From Klebsormidium nitens (taxonomy: Eukaryota > Plantae > Klebsormidiophyceae), in the NCBI GenBank assembly GCA_000708835.1, contig DF236967.1:335015-399014 (forward strand): a stretch of 64,000 nucleotides of DNA, written 5' to 3'. Positions 58,089 to 64,000 of this stretch are shown in pieces. The notes below the pieces were generated by a model, which made no database searches, had not been told where the DNA came from, and was given only the letters and a program-made list of their open reading frames with translations. Every line of letters begins with the position of its first letter. Within the stretch, counting starts at the first letter, position 1. The position numbers were made by a program, and so were the translations under genes.

Positions 58089-59343
58089 ATGGCGCACGCT
58101 CTGTTGCGGCTCGGCGCGCCCCGTTCTTCGCTCCTGTGCAGATTCTCCACAAATGCTGCGCAGACGAATGTTTTCCATTTTCAGCAGTCAGGCATCTCTA
58201 GTTCCCAGGGGTTGGCCACGGTGGCGGGCGGGTCGGGAGGTCGAAGTGATTCAGAAGGTGAGTTTTGTGCTTTGACAACTTCGGAAATCAGTATCTGTTT
58301 GGTGTACCTCAAGTTTGCCGGGGCAGCTGAAGACCCTTGGAGGTAATGGTCCTGTCATACTTGCAATACACAGATACATGTGTGACTTGTTGGTATCGTC
58401 TGTGACCTGGACTGGTGGTGCTTACTTATGGTCTTCCAAACGCTGAGGTGTAGCATGGTGGATTCGTGTATGCTGATCAAGGCTGGTCATATTTCCCGGT
58501 GGTCAGTGATAGGTTTCAGCCAAGATGTCAGGGAATGCATGTTCCTGCCAGATTTGTCAGTGCACATCCTACATTCACATCCGCTCATTTGTGGTGGTGC
58601 GTGACAAACAGTTGAAAAGCCCCTTTCATTTTAAACCAAGCTGCTGCTGGTTTTACGCATGCAGCTTTGGCTATGGTGGTTTCTCTTTGTTGAAGCTGCT
58701 GTGCATTCAATACTGAAGTAGTGTCAAGGGTTCAATCTGAATGAGCGATTAGTTGCTAATGGAGCAAGAAGACAAATGCAACCGTCGGCTTAGTTGGAGA
58801 AGTTACAGTGATTAGTTGGGCATCAATCAGAAGCTCCTAATGGTTTTGGGGCCACCACTTTTCTTATTGCATCAGTGGGCTGTTGGCAGAGTCCTCTGAT
58901 TCCAACTTATGCGATGAGAAGTTTTGCTCCTCGGGTCTGTCACGCTTTTGCTCCAAGCATCGATGTGACTTTTCTTTCTGCACCGGATATTGCTGTACTT
59001 AAGAAGAAAGAAAATTAGAATGAAGGGTTTCATTCAACATCAGCATTCAGAAGATCCGGTGAAAGGCTAGATAATTGTATCTCCGGCAGCTAGAAGGACC
59101 CAGTATTATGATGACCTTGAGACTCCCTCCTCAACTAGAGTCCTGTTTTTCTTGTTTTCTGCAGATGTCCGGCAGTCGGTTCCTCGCTATCGATGGAAGG
59201 AGGAACATCTGTGGGTCGCAGCTTTGGGTGCATGGGGCGTGGCAGCATATGCTTTCTCTGCGGCGCGAGAAGCAAGAAAAGAGGGGGAGAAGTCGAAGGG
59301 CAGGGTTGCGATACAAAAGCTCATGAGTGGTGTCAAAAGATAG
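58089..59343 (+). CDS. Small single-pass membrane protein with probable mitochondrial presequence, 2 exons, 115 aa
   Basis: Exon 58089-58257 (MAHALLRLGAPRSSLLCRFSTNAA...RSDSE, phase 1, gtgag) joins exon 59165-59343 (DVRQSVPRYRWKEEHLWVAALGAWGVAAYAFSAAREARKEGEK...KR*). The phases match and there is one hydrophobic segment. Confidence 0.8.
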
Positions 59344-61150
59344 GGTCGGAAAGTGCCAAGACTGGCAAACGGCGATAAACGAGGGGGTTTGGAACTTCGC
59401 GGTTTAAGGGCGGGAGCAAATGACAAGAAAAAATGACAGGAACAACGTGGCGTGCATGATCCACAGGGACGCTTTCAAAGATGAGCACGTCCGTCCGGGC
59501 AATCGGAGCGGAGAGGTGTTTGGGGTTGCATGTGCCCATAGGGGCAAAAGCAAACCAGGGTTTGCCTTAGCGGGGGGATGGTGATTCAACTCAAACCAGA
59601 TTAAATGAGCTAGGATCCAAATTGATCAGGGTTGAATCTGTTCAGAAGCTTGGTCCAACGAGCGTCTGGATTTTTGTGTACATAAGCACAGGTTAATATA
59701 CCGCTTACTGCCATGGGCGCACCAGGAATGGATGGGTGCTGTTAGAAGTAGACACGCAAACTTTATAGGCTGCAAACCCAGAGATCGACGGTCCAGCTGG
59801 CAACCAGTCAAGTTGCCTGGGTCCTTATATTTCAGATTATATGTCCATCTTGCCTTTTCCTCGGTGTTTCAGAGTCTACACAATCTTTTCCTGGTCAATC
59901 GTTCTGGCATTTTCCTTGTGATATTATGACTCGAATTTCGGCCCGTGCGCTTACTTTCACAGATCTGCCAGTGGCATGTTGCATGCACCATCAGGCATGG
60001 CTTCTAGTGAGCCTCGGATGTTCAGAACTGGTATGCACGAAAGCTACCGTCCGTCTGGAATATTATAAGCATGGTCTTCTTGTGTGCCAGCCATCCTAAA
60101 CTTGCTGGCGTGTACGTGGTCGGAATATGTTTATATACTTCAAATATTGCCCGGCCATGCATATGCATTCAAGGTGCCCGGCTATAGACATGCCACATCA
60201 GAACGTAGGCTTCACATTGCTATTCAGAGCTAGCTTGGGTCAGCCGCGCGCCGGTGACGTTAGTATATGCGTGTTATTATCATGTGCCACATGAAGTATA
60301 CAATGATGGCGAAAATTACAGTACAGTGGTACGATAAGACGCGGCACATGCCATGATATGGCGGCTCCAAGCAGACAACGTACATCCATGGGCCAAAACT
60401 TTGATCAACAGCTGGCATGATGTTCTCTTTTACACGCCGTAGCCACCTGGGCCATAGGCTTCTCATGGCATACAATGATATAATATGAATGAATGTGTTG
60501 GCATCACTATTTCTTCCTCAACGTCCGACCTTCTACTAACCGACGGCCCTATGGCATGATCTCAATACTACGACCAGCGCGCTAGTGTCCTAACTGCAAG
60601 AACTAGATGAGGTTCCTACTGGCAGCTAGTCCGCATGCATGCCCACCTCTTAGCTGAATAGTAATCTAGGCTTCCTACAGCTGGCAATGTCTTAATGTCT
60701 GAGCCGTCTTGTCCTTGATGCATCCGGACCTAGGAGGGAAGAATGACAGCTAGCTGACCAAATATAACTTCGGAAAGCATAACTTGTACAGTTTACATGA
60801 TGCGCATCATGCCGGCCGTTAGAAAGCTCCTGCCCCGTACTTCCAAGCTTAGGGGATCTTTTCAATTCGGAGGAGGAAAAGGTATCGACAGCGCTGGATG
60901 ATCATGCGCGCTGGATTAAAGAGATCGCATCATAAATGCATGCGCATCATCTTGTTACATCAGACTGCATGCCAACTTACACTGTTTGATAGTAAACGGC
61001 GTGCACAACTTGCTTTCTCTTACTTGGGGGGCATTCACTTCCTAGTCGACTCATACTGACAGATACGAGCTGTTGTGGCACTCACTTTCTGATCTTGAGC
61101 TGGCTTGGCCAACGCATTGCTTTGTACATCGATTTGTTTTCGTTATTTAG

Positions 61151-62917
61151 TTAAGTGGGTGCATCAGGAAATGGTTCGTTTGGCGTTTCTAAAAATGCGG
61201 GATTCAGGCCCTCAGTCCGCATCTTTACCGCTACAGCCTGCACGTGGAAGAAAATCCCAAAGCGGTTGGATCAAGACAGAGGACGCACAAAAGCGGCCCC
61301 GCTTATGACTGCATTATTCCTTGTTTACAATCAGAAGTGAGGTCGACCTCGTTTTCATTCTGGCCCAATGGTAAAAGCACTAGAAGCTCACCTGACTTGG
61401 CACTCCCACTGCAAGCATCTTGAAAAACCGTGCATAGTCTGGATGCTCACTAACCTGCAACGACAGATCGAGATTTAAAGTTGACAGGGAGGCACAGTTG
61501 AAAAGTTTGTTGACCAGCATCTAGAGTTGTCAAGCAGCGAAAGAGACCTAGTAACCAAATGGCCAAGCGATCCTAATAATAAGACCTCCACCGTTCCAAG
61601 CCCAATATAGTAGAATAAAGGAGATATGAAATCTCATCCGCTCACCTTCAACTTGGTTTGCTTGTCGCTTGACTCTTCTAAGGAGGGCGCCGATGACGAC
61701 ACGTGGTCTATTGAAAGGAAACCTCCTGGCCTTGCCTGGCTGCACCAGGAGGTTATCCCGACTTAGTCAAAAGTAAAGAGCTGTCTTACAGTCTACGTTC
61801 ATGGAGATGTTTAAGATTCCAGCCCTGAGAAAGTTTTGCAAGTCACCAGGTGAAGTTTGTAAAGTTCATAGTTCTTGCCAGTTTACCCCCATGAATCTGT
61901 GGGTCTGAAAACCACAGTGCTCTTTAGCATTCAAAGGCGTTCCCAACTGGAGAGATTGTACATCATGCACGTCGCTACAGGCCCATCAGCTTGAATTAAA
62001 CTTGCTCGAGGACGTTTCCGAACCTTGCGTGATCGTTGCACTTGAGGTCTAACAGTCTGGCACGGAAGGACTTTGAAAGATACATTTGTCACAAGTCTTT
62101 TAACAGGATCTATAATTATGAACTTTGTAACACAGCACAATTGGCACCTGGTATCATTGTGTCCCTGGCTATCAATGCCCGCCCCGCTCTCTAATGTGGA
62201 CCGATCGTCAACCATGCCAGCTGGTTCCCTTTCATTGGTTGGAGTGGGCGCCCTGCCACCTAGCTGCTGCTCAGCACTTCGCAACTTGGCCTCTAAAAGG
62301 GCGAGCGCAGCGTCGATGCGATGGATTCTCCTGGAGAAGAACTGGCAGTGGTCAGCTCCATGGTCCGCATTAAGAAAATTATGACCACCTCATTCGTCCT
62401 TTCTCACACTGTCCCAGTGCGCACTCAAGTTAGATCAGGCTAATTCTTGCTCTGGCTATGTCGGGCGCGTCATTGCTGACTTTGAATGCAGATCTCACTG
62501 GTCATAGGATAGAACCAGCTGTGTTGCAACAGTCCAAGGATCAACAAACAGCTTACCTGTTGATGTCAGCCAGCTTGTTCTCAGAAAGAGCAGCAAAACG
62601 GTTGAGAAATTGAGTGGTGTGCACCACGAAGGTATTCACCTGAAGCAACCACAAAAAAACCAATTGAGAATAACTTGGGGTCTATTGCATTTTGAAAGCT
62701 TAAATGAGAGCTGGAGGAGACTCGTCCATGAAAACAGAGGATCCGACCACCAACATCAACCATAATGGAGGCAAATGAAGGAAACAGTGGACTCAGCATG
62801 CGGGTTGCGGAAAGCCAGATCAAAGACTCAAAAAAACTTTGCAGCATTGACAGACAACGACGAGCTCACCAGGACCAACGTCTTCTGATCTGGCACAGGG
62901 GGCAGACGATCCTCCAT
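61151..62917 (-). CDS. WASHC3: WASH complex subunit 3 (CCDC53), 6 exons
   Basis: In-phase exons: 62917-62870 MEDRLPPVPDQKTLVL; 62639-62557 VNTFVVHTTQFLNRFAALSENKLADIN; 62330-62148 RRIHRIDAALALLEAKLRS...; 61739-61646 linker; 61454-61392 VSEHPDYARFFKMLAVGVPSQ; 61237-61151 AVAVKMRTEGLNPAFLETPNEPFPDAPT*. Both the N-terminal coiled coil (cf. NQFVVHTVQFLNRFS...KLAD) and the C-terminal P-x-Y-x-x-F/Y-x-K-M-x-x-V-G-V-P module of CCDC53 are present. Confidence 0.92.
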
Positions 62918-63329
62918 GTTGCTTTGGCGGTCATGCTGTCATGCTGAGAAGTCGGCGCTAGCTCACCCTTCCTTCTTCAGCTCCGTTGCTGCATCTGTAT
63001 ATTACCTACAGCTGTTTGCGTCAAACTTGCCATCGGGTTCCAGACTTTTGGATCGTGGTTCCTGATCTTTGGCCGTCCGATGCCTGCCTTGTCGTCGATC
63101 GAACGGTCCAACATCAGGAACCATGATCGGGGCATCTGAAACCCGATGGCAGGTTTGACGCAAAGAGCTGTACCTATTATTAAAAGACCTACCTAATCCA
63201 GATAGGAATTGCTTGATGTGCACAGGGCACTGTACAGAACCCTAAAACTGTACTGCCTGACAGGAGCTTTGAAAAGACGGGGCAGCGACCCATAAGAGGC
63301 CAACCTCAGGTAAGGTAAAGTGCTCTGAA

Positions 63330-63925
63330 GTCGGACGCTTCCTTTTGTCGGACACCCCCATTTCCGAAAGTCGGACATGCTCGTTCCGAATGTCGGACAT
63401 GGGGGTTTTTGGCACTTCCAGTGCATTTTGGCCGTTAGATGCCCCTTTTCAACGGTTTCAATGCCCTTACTTTGCCTAGAGGACCCCCAGCAGTTCGTTG
63501 AGGCCTCATTTTTCTCACCTTGGTGTGTTTCGGGGGGCATACTGGACCCCCTGGAACCTTGTGATAAGGCAGCGGGACAGCTATGAAAAGCTTCTTCGCG
63601 TTACAATATGCAGGTGTATGGTTGTTGATAGAAGTCGTTGCCAAAACGAACATTGCCCCATCTTATATTGCAAAAGATCGAGGATTCAGCTCTCCTAATA
63701 CCCTCATATAGCCTGCATAAAGCCTTCTGAAATATTGGTGTGTGCACGTTTGGAAAAGCGAAGTACTTGTTTAGCCACAAGGCTTGTGATCACCTATGAA
63801 CATGCCAGAATCACATCTAAAGCCTCCGTTATACATCTTATGCCCATCTGACGGTCGAAAAGATTGTTCTTGAGCCTGTCCGAGCTCAGAAACAGCTGTC
63901 CGAGAATCGAAAAAGGGTGTCCGAG
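63330..63925. mobile_element. Degenerate inverted-repeat element with TCGGAC(A) subterminal arrays (MITE/non-autonomous DNA transposon-like)
   Basis: GTCGGAC occurs at 63330, 63347, 63370 and 63392. Its complement TGTCCGA occurs at 63877, 63897 and 63918, with similar ~20-23 bp spacing and similar spacers (tcggacacccccatttccga vs rc tcggacaccctttttcga). Exact termini and TSD were not found. Confidence 0.55.
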
Positions 63926-64000
63926 AACCGGAAATTCGGCCGTTTTCGTGCTGTTTTGACATGCACATTTTTTGCAGAATAACTAGGTCAAAACTTCATC

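Noticed and set aside
139-62917. VPS11 and CCDC53 (both endosomal) as a functional cluster
   Set aside because: They are about 57 kb apart with unrelated genes between them; there is no evidence beyond coincidence.
63346-63398. TGTCGG copies as auxin-response elements
   Set aside because: They are better explained as part of the longer TCGGACA inverted array, and hexamers alone are uninformative.

Overview
This is intron-rich, GC-rich eukaryotic nuclear DNA with GT-AG introns and plant-type orthologues. It fits a streptophyte green alga such as Klebsormidium (inference). Eleven protein-coding genes could be reconstructed by hand, in order: VPS11 (partial, runs off the left edge), a Josephin deubiquitinase, a ~1450-aa protein with a HARE-HTH-like domain and about ten WRC-like zinc fingers, a DRM-type (domains-rearranged) DNA methyltransferase, SABRE/KIP (BLTP2), a MATE transporter, exosome subunit RRP4, an alpha/beta hydrolase, two small head-to-head genes for probable mitochondrial proteins, and WASH subunit CCDC53/WASHC3. 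The last is largely missed by the ORF track because its exons are short. Non-coding structure includes a ~1.4-kb degenerate palindrome between the DRM gene and the HARE-HTH/zinc-finger gene, a TCGGACA-array inverted-repeat element near the right edge, several short intronic tandem duplications and CATG-rich intergenic tracts. No rRNA, tRNA, CRISPR array or intact transposase was seen. The most interesting part is 6.8-20 kb, where a methylation writer, a fold-back element and a putative multi-finger chromatin/DNA reader are adjacent. All exon models are manual and unverified by transcripts.
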